A stretch of 64,000 nucleotides of DNA from Bacteroidota bacterium (lineage in GTDB: Bacteria; Bacteroidota; Rhodothermia; Balneolales; Balneolaceae): NCBI GenBank assembly GCA_003045995.1, contig PZPG01000008.1, positions 3,649 to 67,648 of the forward strand, read 5' to 3'. Positions 26,431 to 34,904 of the stretch are shown one piece after another. The translations under genes were made by a program, and so were the position numbers. Under the pieces are notes generated by a model, which made no database searches, was not told the origin of the DNA, and worked only from the letters and a program-made list of their open reading frames with translations. Within the stretch, counting starts at the first letter, position 1, and the number at the start of each line of letters is the position of its first letter.

Positions 26431-27519
26431 CTACGTTTGTCTGCTTTGGGAGAGTTTCCGGCCACCAGCCAGGCGTTGTATGAGGAGTAGCAATATAGAT
26501 GAAGAATCCATGGTTGTGTGGCCTTTTAATGCCTGATCCGCATCCAGTAGTGCTTCGAAGATGAATGGCATCTCATCAAACCGAAATGAATGTGCCTCTT
26601 GCCACTTATAGTAAAAGGCATTGGTATGTATACCCAGTTCGTTTTGGATCTGTTGTTTCGAGAGTCCTTTGGATTTGAGCCTTGTAATCTGCCACAATTC
26701 GGTAAATAGCTTAGAGAAAAAGGCAACCGTACGGATGAGTTCGCCAGGGTCCGATTGACTTTGCGACAGAATTTGCTGGCCAAGAAGCATGGCACGGGTT
26801 ACATCTCTCTTGACAATTGCATCTTTTAGTTCGAAGGTTGTGTACTCTCGGTAGTGGCCAACCACCCTTTTTACATCCTCAGGACTAATTTCCTCGGCAT
26901 CACCCTGGTACATGGCAATTTTTTCGATCTCGGCTGCAAGAAGCTGCAACTGATTCCCAACCATTTGCGCAAGCATGTTGGCTGCTCGTGCATCAATTGT
27001 TTTTCCGTGTGCCTGTCTGCACCACATCATCACCCACTCCGTGAGTTTGGAATCGGGTAGTTTCTCAAACGCTGCAACCCGAACAGGGGAGTTTTTTTTC
27101 CGAAGTGACTTTCCCAGTGTGGTACGGCCATCCGGAAGTGTTCGTTCAACGATGAAAAGCAGAGTAGTTGGATTTGGGTTTGCGAAGTAATCGGCAAAGG
27201 ATTCGAGACCACCCTTCCCCCCTTTTTCACCCGATCCCTTTAGTTGTAAAAAATCACGGATGATCACGACCCTTCTGTCCGCCATCATGGGGTAGCTTCG
27301 CAACACGGCGAGTACATCACTCGGGTCTGCATCATTGCCGTACAGTAGATCCAGGTTAAAATCACTCTGACCAGGTGGGAGCAACTTCTCTGCCTCTTTT
27401 TGGAGAAGTTCGATGTAGAAGGGTTCATCGCCATAAAGATAGAACACCGGAAACTCAGCGGCTCGCACCGATGAGCGGATAGATTCAAAAAGAGCGGTGC
27501 TGTCGGATCCTCGGGGCAT
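26431..27519 (-). CDS. holA: DNA polymerase III delta subunit
   Basis: 362 aa. N-terminus FPVFYLYGDEPFYIELL...FNLDLLYG, with length and helical C-terminal domains consistent with HolA. Confidence 0.82.
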   Translation of the reverse strand: MPRGSDSTALFESIRSSVRAAEFPVFYLYGDEPFYIELLQKEAEKLLPPGQSDFNLDLLYGNDADPSDVLAVLRSYPMMADRRVVIIRDFLQLKGSGEKGGKGGLESFADYFANPNPTTLLFIVERTLPDGRTTLGKSLRKKNSPVRVAAFEKLPDSKLTEWVMMWCRQAHGKTIDARAANMLAQMVGNQLQLLAAEIEKIAMYQGDAEEISPEDVKRVVGHYREYTTFELKDAIVKRDVTRAMLLGQQILSQSQSDPGELIRTVAFFSKLFTELWQITRLKSKGLSKQQIQNELGIHTNAFYYKWQEAHSFRFDEMPFIFEALLDADQALKGHTTMDSSSILLLLIQRLAGGRKLSQSRQT

Positions 27520-27578
27520 AAAAATAACTGCTGTGTATGGTGGTTATGGTTCTGAAATCGGATCTATTCGCTTGTTCT

Positions 27579-27671
27579 GAATATTCATGCGAATGTTCGT
27601 GAGAATGTTCATGCGAATGTTCCAAATATTCGTGAGAATGTACGTAAGAACGCACTCGTGAATATACAAAG
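27579..27671. repeat. about 8 x 12-nt degenerate tandem repeat, intergenic (holA start / LuxC-like stop)
   Basis: gaatattcatgc / gaatgttcgtga / gaatgttcatgc / gaatgttccaaa / (tattcgtga) / gaatgtacgtaa / gaacgcactcgt / gaatatacaaag. Confidence 0.9.
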
Positions 27672-27681
27672 AACGATTGCT

Positions 27682-28968
27682 TCAGCCAGCAAATTCTGCG
27701 ATCCAATGCAGAGGATCGATGCCATCTGGTTTCCAGTCCAGGGGAGGCTTTTGGGCCCGATTCAATGGTTCCGATTCACTCCCATCCGGTAGTGATTGTG
27801 TTGAAGCCTCATTTATGTATACCGACTGGATGTCTGCCCGATGGGTATGAACCAGAGCCATGAGTGTATCCATATCACCCCGAACCCAAATTACCTCGCC
27901 CGCGACGGATGGAAGCTCCGATTCTTGTACTGTCGGATTCTCCATCTCAGTGATGAGCACAGGGCCGCAAAAAACCTGAGTTCTGTTACGTACTTTATGA
28001 TATGCGTAACGATAGCGAAGAGCCTGTTCCTGCGTTTGGACTCGCTCGATGCCTGCTCGATCTCTTGCCTCTCCCCCGTATCCGCATTTCATCAGGCATA
28101 ACTCAAGGTGATCTGTGAGCTCACAGGATAGCTGTTCCAATCCAACGGGACTCACAACTATGCCCACCGAGCGGCAGCCGTTGCCATTATACCGGCAGAT
28201 TGCTTCAGCAAGGTCGGTATATGGAGAATAGGCTAGAGTTCCATGTATACTACTCCCGGGATCGAAATACACGATGGAAAAATGGGTTGTTCTGCAGAGG
28301 ATTGGCGCACTCTTTCGTACAATCGAATACTCCTTCAGCATGCCCTGAATTTGATCCACCGTGTCAGCCGATCCGGAAAATATCATTGCATCGGCTGCCA
28401 ATTGATAAAGATCGGCCCAGTGTGTAGTAGCAAAAAACGCAGAGGGCCTTTGGTCGGATGTTCTATGATCGGATGTTCCATGGTCAGAAGTGATCAAGTT
28501 GGAAGTGATCTGGTCAGAAGTGATCTGGTCGGGTACGCAGAGTTTTGGAGGGTCGTGAACTTCCTGGTTTTTTAGATGCTTTTTCAAGACCTCAAGCAAA
28601 GATAGCGGAAGGTATGGATCGGAGGATGATAATTTGCCAACATATTGATGCCCGGAGAGAAAAATTGCCAGAATATCTTGAAACGACACCAATGGAAGAT
28701 TTCCGGCGTGCACAGCCAGAATGGTTTTCGGGTTGATGGGAGTACGGATGGCGTTTTTTCGGACCCAACGGATCAAATCCTGCTCTTTCGCCGTTTCATG
28801 GAAGGCTGATAATTGGTATTGCAGGTCGGATCTTGAGAACAGCCCCTCGGCGAGTGTTCTGTCTACAGCTTCTTGCAGGGGTGATTCCTTCGATTGGAGC
28901 CAATCCTGTAACGCTTCTGCCATTTGGTTGGCACGAGTGCGAGTTTGTTGATCCTCCAACTTATTCAT
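27682..28968 (-). CDS. LuxC-like acyl-CoA (acyl-protein) reductase family protein
   Basis: ILAVHAGNLPLVSFQDILAIFLSGHQYVGKLSSSDPYL matches the AGNIPLVGFHD...GH...K.SS.D core of Bacteroidota LuxC-like proteins. Adjacent to the LuxE-like gene. In-frame 15-nt repeat insertion. Confidence 0.7.
   Translation of the reverse strand: MNKLEDQQTRTRANQMAEALQDWLQSKESPLQEAVDRTLAEGLFSRSDLQYQLSAFHETAKEQDLIRWVRKNAIRTPINPKTILAVHAGNLPLVSFQDILAIFLSGHQYVGKLSSSDPYLPLSLLEVLKKHLKNQEVHDPPKLCVPDQITSDQITSNLITSDHGTSDHRTSDQRPSAFFATTHWADLYQLAADAMIFSGSADTVDQIQGMLKEYSIVRKSAPILCRTTHFSIVYFDPGSSIHGTLAYSPYTDLAEAICRYNGNGCRSVGIVVSPVGLEQLSCELTDHLELCLMKCGYGGEARDRAGIERVQTQEQALRYRYAYHKVRNRTQVFCGPVLITEMENPTVQESELPSVAGEVIWVRGDMDTLMALVHTHRADIQSVYINEASTQSLPDGSESEPLNRAQKPPLDWKPDGIDPLHWIAEFAG
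28452..28540. repeat. about 6 x 15-nt tandem repeat in frame in the LuxC-like gene (ITSDQ ITSNL ITSDH GTSDH RTSDQ)
   Basis: Plus-strand units ggtcggatgttctat / gatcggatgttccat / ggtcagaagtgatca / agttggaagtgatct / ggtcagaagtgatct / ggtcgggtacgcag. Confidence 0.92.
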
Positions 28969-29030
28969 AGGTTCCTTTTTGTTGATCCTGCGTTTTCACC
29001 GCACATTTCTATTTTTTGACTATCGAATTT

Positions 29031-29075
29031 ATCCGTGTCATATCAATCCGTGTCATATCAATCTGTGTCGATTAA
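29031..29075. repeat. 3 x 15-nt tandem repeat spanning the LuxE-like stop codon
   Basis: atccgtgtcatatca / atccgtgtcatatca / atctgtgtcgattaa. The gene-proximal unit encodes the last residues LIDTD, and the next unit supplies the TGA. Confidence 0.95.
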
Positions 29076-30086
29076 AAAGTTACACCCACGGAGTTGCGAT
29101 CGTTTCCATCGGCCCAGTACCTGAAACCGAATAACTTCTCCGTCGACCGTTTCAAGGGATACACCCTTGTCTTCAGTCAAGAAAAAGGGACAAGAGTGGA
29201 CATTGGCAAGATCCATAATACCAATTTTCCCCTCCTCACCCTCCTCACAGATTCGCATTGGATTTTGCGGATCCCGAATGGTTACTTGAACCCAGTGGGG
29301 GGAACTAAATCCTTGAATAGGCTGATCACCCGTAGCCAGAGAGCTAGGAATTCCGGGAGCATAACACTGGCTCGTCATTTCACACATGCCATATTCCGAC
29401 CAGATTTGGGATGCATCAAGCCGAAATACATCTGAAAGGGTTTGATGGAGTTCTTCCCTGCGTACCTCCCGACGATAGGTTTTCATACCACCCGTTTCGA
29501 TGATCACGGTATTGGAGGGCATTGCGAATGGCGCTAGTTCTGCCAGGTCGAGAAGGCCAAAAGCGGCGCCGAAGAGTATGATTTGCCTTCCTTGTGCATT
29601 CAAATGCGACCATTCTTCTCGATGGAGTGGTTCGCCCAAAGGAAGAAACCGGCTTCCATGTTGAGCTGTTTGGTGGATGAGTTGCTCCATCATCCAAAGA
29701 AGAGAGGATTGTGGATTATCTGCGTACCCTGGCGCATAGCAGAGAATGGTACAGTTGTCCAACGAGAAATGCCGCTGGAATTCGGTGATCACGGCGGTTC
29801 GTGCAAGGGACAGATCGGCAACGGGATGGCGGCTTTTGAGGCCGGCTGTTGTTCCAGAGCTTTGGAACACTGTTTCCGGATGGATCCCATCTGCTATCAG
29901 GTCAAAATCCTGAAATGCCCGAACCGGTATGAGGGGAATTTGATGAGGATCGCCGGCCGGATCAGGAAAGGAGGCGGCAAAGGTCCGGTAAACAGGCAGA
30001 TTTTTTTTTACATGTTCAAACACCTGCATGGCACGCTCTGCATAGGGTACAGATGCATCAAAGAGTGTGGAAACATCAGGAGTCAT
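29058..30086 (-). CDS. LuxE-like acyl-protein synthetase / adenylate-forming acyltransferase
   Basis: VFQSSGTTAGLKSRH (SSGTTG-type AMP motif), IIETGGMKTYRRE, SEYGMCEMTSQCY, IGIMDLANVHSCPFFLTEDKG, LRGCNFLI. These run collinear with Bacteroidota LuxE-family proteins. Confidence 0.78.
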   Translation of the reverse strand: MTPDVSTLFDASVPYAERAMQVFEHVKKNLPVYRTFAASFPDPAGDPHQIPLIPVRAFQDFDLIADGIHPETVFQSSGTTAGLKSRHPVADLSLARTAVITEFQRHFSLDNCTILCYAPGYADNPQSSLLWMMEQLIHQTAQHGSRFLPLGEPLHREEWSHLNAQGRQIILFGAAFGLLDLAELAPFAMPSNTVIIETGGMKTYRREVRREELHQTLSDVFRLDASQIWSEYGMCEMTSQCYAPGIPSSLATGDQPIQGFSSPHWVQVTIRDPQNPMRICEEGEEGKIGIMDLANVHSCPFFLTEDKGVSLETVDGEVIRFQVLGRWKRSQLRGCNFLIDTD

Positions 30087-31047
30087 ACGGAATACGAATC
30101 AGGGATGTGGTTGTGAGAAGATACACAGCGTCGCTGGTAAGCCCAAAATCAGTAACAGGCTGGGGTGCTGACGCATCAACCCGAAAAGGAACAGAAATGG
30201 AGGGTGGGAATGATACTAAAGGTGTTTTGGATCGTAGCTGTGTACTAGTCGTTTCATAAACACCGTCCTGGTGAAGAAGTATGATCCGGTTTTGAAAGAT
30301 GCGGATGGAGAGTGTGTTTTCGGGTGTTTGGGTGAATCCGATGTAGATTCCGTCCGGGTTAAAGCGGTGAATGAACTGTTGCGAACGATCGAAAAGCAGG
30401 ATTTCGTTTTTGGTGGAGGCAATAGAAGTAACCTCACGGATTTCGTATCGACTGAGATCGGTGATGGAACGTACATGGCCACGGTCGTCCATTTGAATGA
30501 GCTCGTGCGATCGTTCATTGTAGACGTAGAGGTCGCCGGTGGGACGTACGCAGATCTTTGCAGGCAGAATATCCTGCAAATGCTCGAATTGGATGGATGA
30601 GAGTTGCTGAAAGGTGCGATCGTAGAGTTGGATGCGGCGGTTTCCGCGATCGGCGATGTAGATTTTTAGGCCGTTGGTGGCGTCGATCTGCACTGGGGAG
30701 CCGAATTGTCCCGGTCCGGAGCCGAAGTTTCCAAAGGAGCTTTGGGTGTGATCTGGAAGTGAGAAGGAGTGGATTTTTCCTGCATCTTGATCGGTGATAT
30801 AGATCGTTCCGAGCGGGGTTATGGAAAGGGATGATGCATGAAGAAACTGGCTGTAGAGGGTGTCGGGGTGTGCGTTGGTAATGGGAGTTGCGTTTGTGGT
30901 GGGAGTTGCGTTTGTGGTGGGAGTTGCGCCAGTTCCCGGTTTTTCATGGACGCTGGTGTTCAAAGGGTGTGAGCTTGCAACGGTTTTTGAAGAGCAGATC
31001 AGCACCAAGATGAGTATCGTTAAAGGAGGGCGCAATATAATAAGCAT
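30076..31047 (-). CDS. secreted NHL-repeat (six-bladed beta-propeller) protein
   Basis: NHL-like blades (IYITDQDAGKIHSF, IYIADRGNRRIQLYD, LYVYNERSHELIQMD). Signal-like MLIILRPPLTILILVLICSSKTVAS. Start placed at the ATG at 31047 because the longer ORF (31155) would overlap purD by 56 nt. 11-nt overlap with the LuxE-like gene. Confidence 0.65.
   Translation of the reverse strand: MLIILRPPLTILILVLICSSKTVASSHPLNTSVHEKPGTGATPTTNATPTTNATPITNAHPDTLYSQFLHASSLSITPLGTIYITDQDAGKIHSFSLPDHTQSSFGNFGSGPGQFGSPVQIDATNGLKIYIADRGNRRIQLYDRTFQQLSSIQFEHLQDILPAKICVRPTGDLYVYNERSHELIQMDDRGHVRSITDLSRYEIREVTSIASTKNEILLFDRSQQFIHRFNPDGIYIGFTQTPENTLSIRIFQNRIILLHQDGVYETTSTQLRSKTPLVSFPPSISVPFRVDASAPQPVTDFGLTSDAVYLLTTTSLIRIPYDS
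30872..30943. repeat. 4 x 18-nt tandem repeat in frame in the NHL gene (ATPTTN ATPTTN ATPITN)
   Basis: gcgttggtaatgggagtt / gcgtttgtggtgggagtt / gcgtttgtggtgggagtt / gcgccagttcccggtttt. Confidence 0.93.
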
Positions 31048-31099
31048 CAGCCGAGCAGATCGTATGGGTGGTGATGCTGATTGGAAGAGGTGTAACCAA

Positions 31100-32407
31100 T
31101 TATGGTTTGATGGAACGGATTCCTTTTCTGCCGATGTCGCTGCGATGGTACTCATTTTCGAAGTGGATCTGGTCTACAATCTTGTACGTGTTGCTGATCG
31201 ATTCCTGCAGGGTATTTCCTGCACTGATGACATTGAGTACACGACCGCCGTTGGTGATAACGCGACCGGATTGCTCTTTGGTTCCTGCATGAAAGATATA
31301 AGTATCTTCATCATTAGACGCAAGGTCAAGACCCGTAATCTCAAAACCAGTTTCGTAGGGTCCAGGGTATCCTTTGGAGGCAAGAACCACGCAGGTGTAG
31401 ATCTTCCCGCTCGTTTGAATGGTGTACTGATGGAGGTTTTCTTGTGAAACAGCCCACATGAGTTCCAAAAGATCGTTTTCCAGTGTGGGGAGAATGACCT
31501 GGCACTCGGGATCGCCAAACCGGCAATTGTACTCAACAACTTTGGGGCCTTGATTTGTCAGCATCAACCCGATGTATAAAACACCGGAGTAGGGATGTCC
31601 TTCGGCGCGCATTCCATCCAGGGTTGGGCGTATGATTTCGTTTTCGATGATCTCTAGGAGTTCCTGATTGACTAATGGAACTGGAGCATAGGCCCCCATG
31701 CCACCCGTATTGAGGCCGGTGTCTCCCTCACCAATTTTTTTGTGGTCCTGAGCATGTTGAAGGATTTGCCAAGAACTTCCGTCGCTGAGAACGAATACGG
31801 ATAGTTCCTCACCTTCCATGAACTCTTCGATGACGATTTGACGGGCGGCCTTGGATAGGGTTTGGTTTTGTTGGTATTGATGTAGGGTGTCGGCTGCTTC
31901 ATCGAGGGTTTGGCAAATAAATACCCCTTTCCCGGCTGCAAGGCCATCTGCTTTTAGCACGATTGGGAAGTGGCCATTTTGGCGGATCCAGTCGATTGCC
32001 TCACCTTCGCTGCCAGAGTTGTGTGTACCAAATACCTGGTAGGCCGCGGTGGGTATTCCATGACGGCTCATAAATTCTTTCGAGAAGGATTTACTTCCCT
32101 CCAACTTTGCGGCTTCCTTTGAGGGACCAAATACGGCAAGTCCCTGCTCTCGAAAATAATCTGCCCACCCATCTACAAGTGGTTGCTCCGGTCCGATAAC
32201 GATGAGGTCGACGGATCGCTGTTTGATGAGTGGCATCCAGAGTTCCGGTTTATTACCGGGCGATTGTACGTTTTCACCCAACGAGACGGTGCCCGGATTG
32301 CCGGGGGAAATGGTTAGCGTTCCTAGCAATGGTGATCGGGCCAAAAAAGTAGCAATGGCATGTTCCCTGCCACCCGAACCAATCAGCAATACATTTAATT
32401 TACTCAT
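31100..32407 (-). CDS. purD: phosphoribosylamine--glycine ligase
   Basis: NVLLIGSGGREHAIA N-terminus, ATP-grasp core (VLKADGLAAGKGV, EEFMEGEELSV), and C-terminal NGGRVLNV. Confidence 0.97.
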   Translation of the reverse strand: MSKLNVLLIGSGGREHAIATFLARSPLLGTLTISPGNPGTVSLGENVQSPGNKPELWMPLIKQRSVDLIVIGPEQPLVDGWADYFREQGLAVFGPSKEAAKLEGSKSFSKEFMSRHGIPTAAYQVFGTHNSGSEGEAIDWIRQNGHFPIVLKADGLAAGKGVFICQTLDEAADTLHQYQQNQTLSKAARQIVIEEFMEGEELSVFVLSDGSSWQILQHAQDHKKIGEGDTGLNTGGMGAYAPVPLVNQELLEIIENEIIRPTLDGMRAEGHPYSGVLYIGLMLTNQGPKVVEYNCRFGDPECQVILPTLENDLLELMWAVSQENLHQYTIQTSGKIYTCVVLASKGYPGPYETGFEITGLDLASNDEDTYIFHAGTKEQSGRVITNGGRVLNVISAGNTLQESISNTYKIVDQIHFENEYHRSDIGRKGIRSIKP

Positions 32408-32458
32408 ATCAGATACCTACCGGGTTGCAACCATTTGCCGTTACTTGCGGCGACATAA

Positions 32459-33226
32459 TTACACCAGTGATTCTGCAATTTCAAGTATTTCGAGAAATGA
32501 TTCTGGCTGCAGACTGGCTCCACCAATCAGTCCTCCATCTACATCCGGTTGAGAGAGAAGCTCTTCTGCATTCGCTGGTTTCATGCTCCCCCCGTAGAGA
32601 ATCTGGATGGATGTTGCAATTTCATCCCCCCAGGAATCGGAGATCATCTTCCGGATGGATGCATGCATCTCTTGTGCCTGTTCTGGGGTTGCTGTTTCAC
32701 CAGTTCCAATTGCCCATACTGGTTCATAGGCAATGACCATGTTTCGTGCAAGGTGGGACGGAATTGTGTCGAAAACTGGCTTCAATTGGTCTGCGACAAT
32801 CTTCTCCTGATCACCGGCTTTGCGGCTTTCGAGCTTCTCCCCTACACAGAGAATCGGCTTCAGTCCCGATTCAAGTACTTTTTTGGTCTTTCTCGCAATG
32901 AGTTCGCTGGTTTCATGATAATACTCTCTTCTTTCGCTGTGACCGGTAATCACATATTTACATCCGGCATCCTTCAACATCCCCGTACTCACTTCACCAG
33001 TGTACGCTCCATCTTCCTGTTCGGATACATTTTGTGCCCCCACTTTTACGGAGGCGTGATGTAGTTCACCTTGTACCGCGGGAATGGTTATGAATGACGG
33101 GCAAATGAGAAGAGTATTGTGGAGATTCTTTCCGGATAGCTTCTGCTGAATGATTCTTGCCTTTTCCACTCCTTCCGACGGGCTAGCATTCATCTTCCAA
33201 TTACCTGCAATTAAAAATGATCTCAT
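32459..33226 (-). CDS. tpiA: triose-phosphate isomerase
   Basis: IAGNWKMN, GHSERR, IAYEPVWAIGTG, YGGS. Confidence 0.97.
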   Translation of the reverse strand: MRSFLIAGNWKMNASPSEGVEKARIIQQKLSGKNLHNTLLICPSFITIPAVQGELHHASVKVGAQNVSEQEDGAYTGEVSTGMLKDAGCKYVITGHSERREYYHETSELIARKTKKVLESGLKPILCVGEKLESRKAGDQEKIVADQLKPVFDTIPSHLARNMVIAYEPVWAIGTGETATPEQAQEMHASIRKMISDSWGDEIATSIQILYGGSMKPANAEELLSQPDVDGGLIGGASLQPESFLEILEIAESLV

Positions 33227-33238
33227 GGTGTGATGGGT

Positions 33239-34690
33239 TTAGGATTCGAGTTCTTTGGTAATCGTTTCTTTGACTTGCTTGGGATTTGCTTTTCCACGGG
33301 ACCGCTTCATCACTTCTCCGATGAAAAATCCGATCAACGCTTTTTTTCCCTCTTTGTAGCGTTGCACTTCATCGGGGTTGGCCAAAAGTACTTCCCGTAT
33401 AATCGGTTCCAGGAAAGATTGATCAGAAACCTGAAGCAAATTGAGTTTTTTTGCCATTTCCAGCGGTGGCTGGTCGGGTTCTTCAATGAGAGCATTGAAG
33501 ATCTGTTGCATAGCAGACGAGGATATTTTGTCTTCTGCTTTCATCGCCGTTAACGATGCCAAACTTTCAGCGGATATCGGAAAATCGCGGATGTCTGTCT
33601 TTTTTTCGTTGAGTACACGAAGCACTTCGGTTAGCAGAAGGTTGGATACGGCTTTGGGATCATTGTGGTAGGAACAGATCTCTTCGAAGTAATCTGCCAG
33701 ATAACGGTTCTCCGTGATGGTTTGTGCCGCTTCTTCCGGTAATCCCATCTGATCTTGAAATCGTTGTTGTCGTACCGTGGGTAATTCGGGTAGTTCTGCT
33801 CGTAATTCATCCAGCATCTGCTGAGTTACGATAACGGGCGGTAGATCTGGCTCAGGAAAGTATCGGTAGTCGTGAGCTTCCTCTTTGCTGCGCATGTTAC
33901 GAGTTACCAGTTTCACGGGGTCCCAAAGGAGAGTTTGCTGAACAACCGTACCTCCAGATTCCACAAGGTCAATTTGGCGCTCTATTTCGAATGTGATTGC
34001 TTTTTCAACATTCCGGAACGAGTTCATATTTTTTAACTCGGTTCGAGTTCCAAATTCTTTTTGGCCTCTTGGACGTATGGAGACATTTGCATCACATCGT
34101 AAACTACCCTCCTCCATGTTCCCATCACATATCTCGAGGTACCGGACAATCTGCCTGATTTTTGTGAGGTATGCATATGCTTCCTGTGGTGTACGAAGGT
34201 CTGGTTCGGAAACGATCTCAATAAGTGGTGTACCCGCACGGTTTAAATCGATGAGGGTATGATACGGGTCCTGATCATGGATGGATTTACCGGCATCTTC
34301 TTCCATATGGATTCGGGTAATTCCAATGGTTTTGCTGTATTGATCAAGGTCTATACGCAGTTCACCTTCAAAACAAATTGGGGTTTCGTACTGTGATATT
34401 TGATACCCCTTAGGTAGATCGGGATAGAAATAGTTCTTGCGTGCGAAGATCGATTTTTCTGCAACAGAGCATCCGGTCGCAAGCCCTAATTTTATGATGT
34501 ATTCAACCAGTTTTTCGTTTAGAACCGGAAGAGTGCCAGGGTGACCGAGACAGAGTGGAGAAATGTTTCGATTGGGAAGAGCTCCGTATTCGGATGATAC
34601 TGGTGTAAAAGCTTTTGTTCGAGTAAGAAGCTGAGCATGGACTTCCAGGCCGATTACTGCTTCATATTTTTTATGCTGAATGGTGGTCAT
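33239..34690 (-). CDS. gatB: Asp-tRNA(Asn)/Glu-tRNA(Gln) amidotransferase subunit B
   Basis: YEAVIGLEVHAQL, CDANVS, RSKEEAHDYRYFPEPDLPP, and a C-terminal YqeY-like domain (GKANPKQV). Confidence 0.97.
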   Translation of the reverse strand: MTTIQHKKYEAVIGLEVHAQLLTRTKAFTPVSSEYGALPNRNISPLCLGHPGTLPVLNEKLVEYIIKLGLATGCSVAEKSIFARKNYFYPDLPKGYQISQYETPICFEGELRIDLDQYSKTIGITRIHMEEDAGKSIHDQDPYHTLIDLNRAGTPLIEIVSEPDLRTPQEAYAYLTKIRQIVRYLEICDGNMEEGSLRCDANVSIRPRGQKEFGTRTELKNMNSFRNVEKAITFEIERQIDLVESGGTVVQQTLLWDPVKLVTRNMRSKEEAHDYRYFPEPDLPPVIVTQQMLDELRAELPELPTVRQQRFQDQMGLPEEAAQTITENRYLADYFEEICSYHNDPKAVSNLLLTEVLRVLNEKKTDIRDFPISAESLASLTAMKAEDKISSSAMQQIFNALIEEPDQPPLEMAKKLNLLQVSDQSFLEPIIREVLLANPDEVQRYKEGKKALIGFFIGEVMKRSRGKANPKQVKETITKELES

Positions 34691-34804
34691 CTTCTCATGA
34701 TGATTATAAAATCAATGTTCTCAAGGAAATATAAGGCAGTGACCACGATCTCCTTGAATCATATTGCTAGTAGATACTTTGTTACTCAAAAGGGAAGAAT
34801 AGAT

Positions 34805-34837
34805 GTGAATGGCAACCTATAATATGGTGCCATTCAC
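34805..34837 (-). terminator. candidate terminator of the giant-protein operon
   Basis: Perfect 10-bp inverted repeat gtgaatggca...tgccattcac with a 13-nt loop, 68 nt downstream of the stop at 34905. On the minus strand it is followed by ATCTATTCTTCCCTTTT. Confidence 0.45.
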
Positions 34838-34904
34838 AATTACACTCTTGCACAAATACATTCTGTATACATTTTGCTTTGCTTTCGCTTCAGAGACGTC
34901 AATC

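Noticed and set aside
27485-27706. A 73-aa minus-strand ORF encodes a His/Glu-rich peptide (HEYLEHSHEHSHEHSHEYSE), which could be a metal-binding microprotein.
   Set aside because: The His-rich stretch is simply the translation of the 12-nt intergenic tandem repeat. The ORF overlaps both the holA start and the LuxC-like stop, and it has no independent coding signal.
27682-30086. A bioluminescence (lux) operon.
   Set aside because: Only LuxC- and LuxE-like genes are present. There are no luxA/luxB luciferase or luxD genes in the window, and these homologues are widespread in non-luminous Bacteroidota.
31048-31155. The longer start (31155) for the NHL-repeat protein.
   Set aside because: It would overlap the purD 3' end by 56 nt, and the signal-peptide-like segment begins at Met 31047. 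The choice remains tentative.
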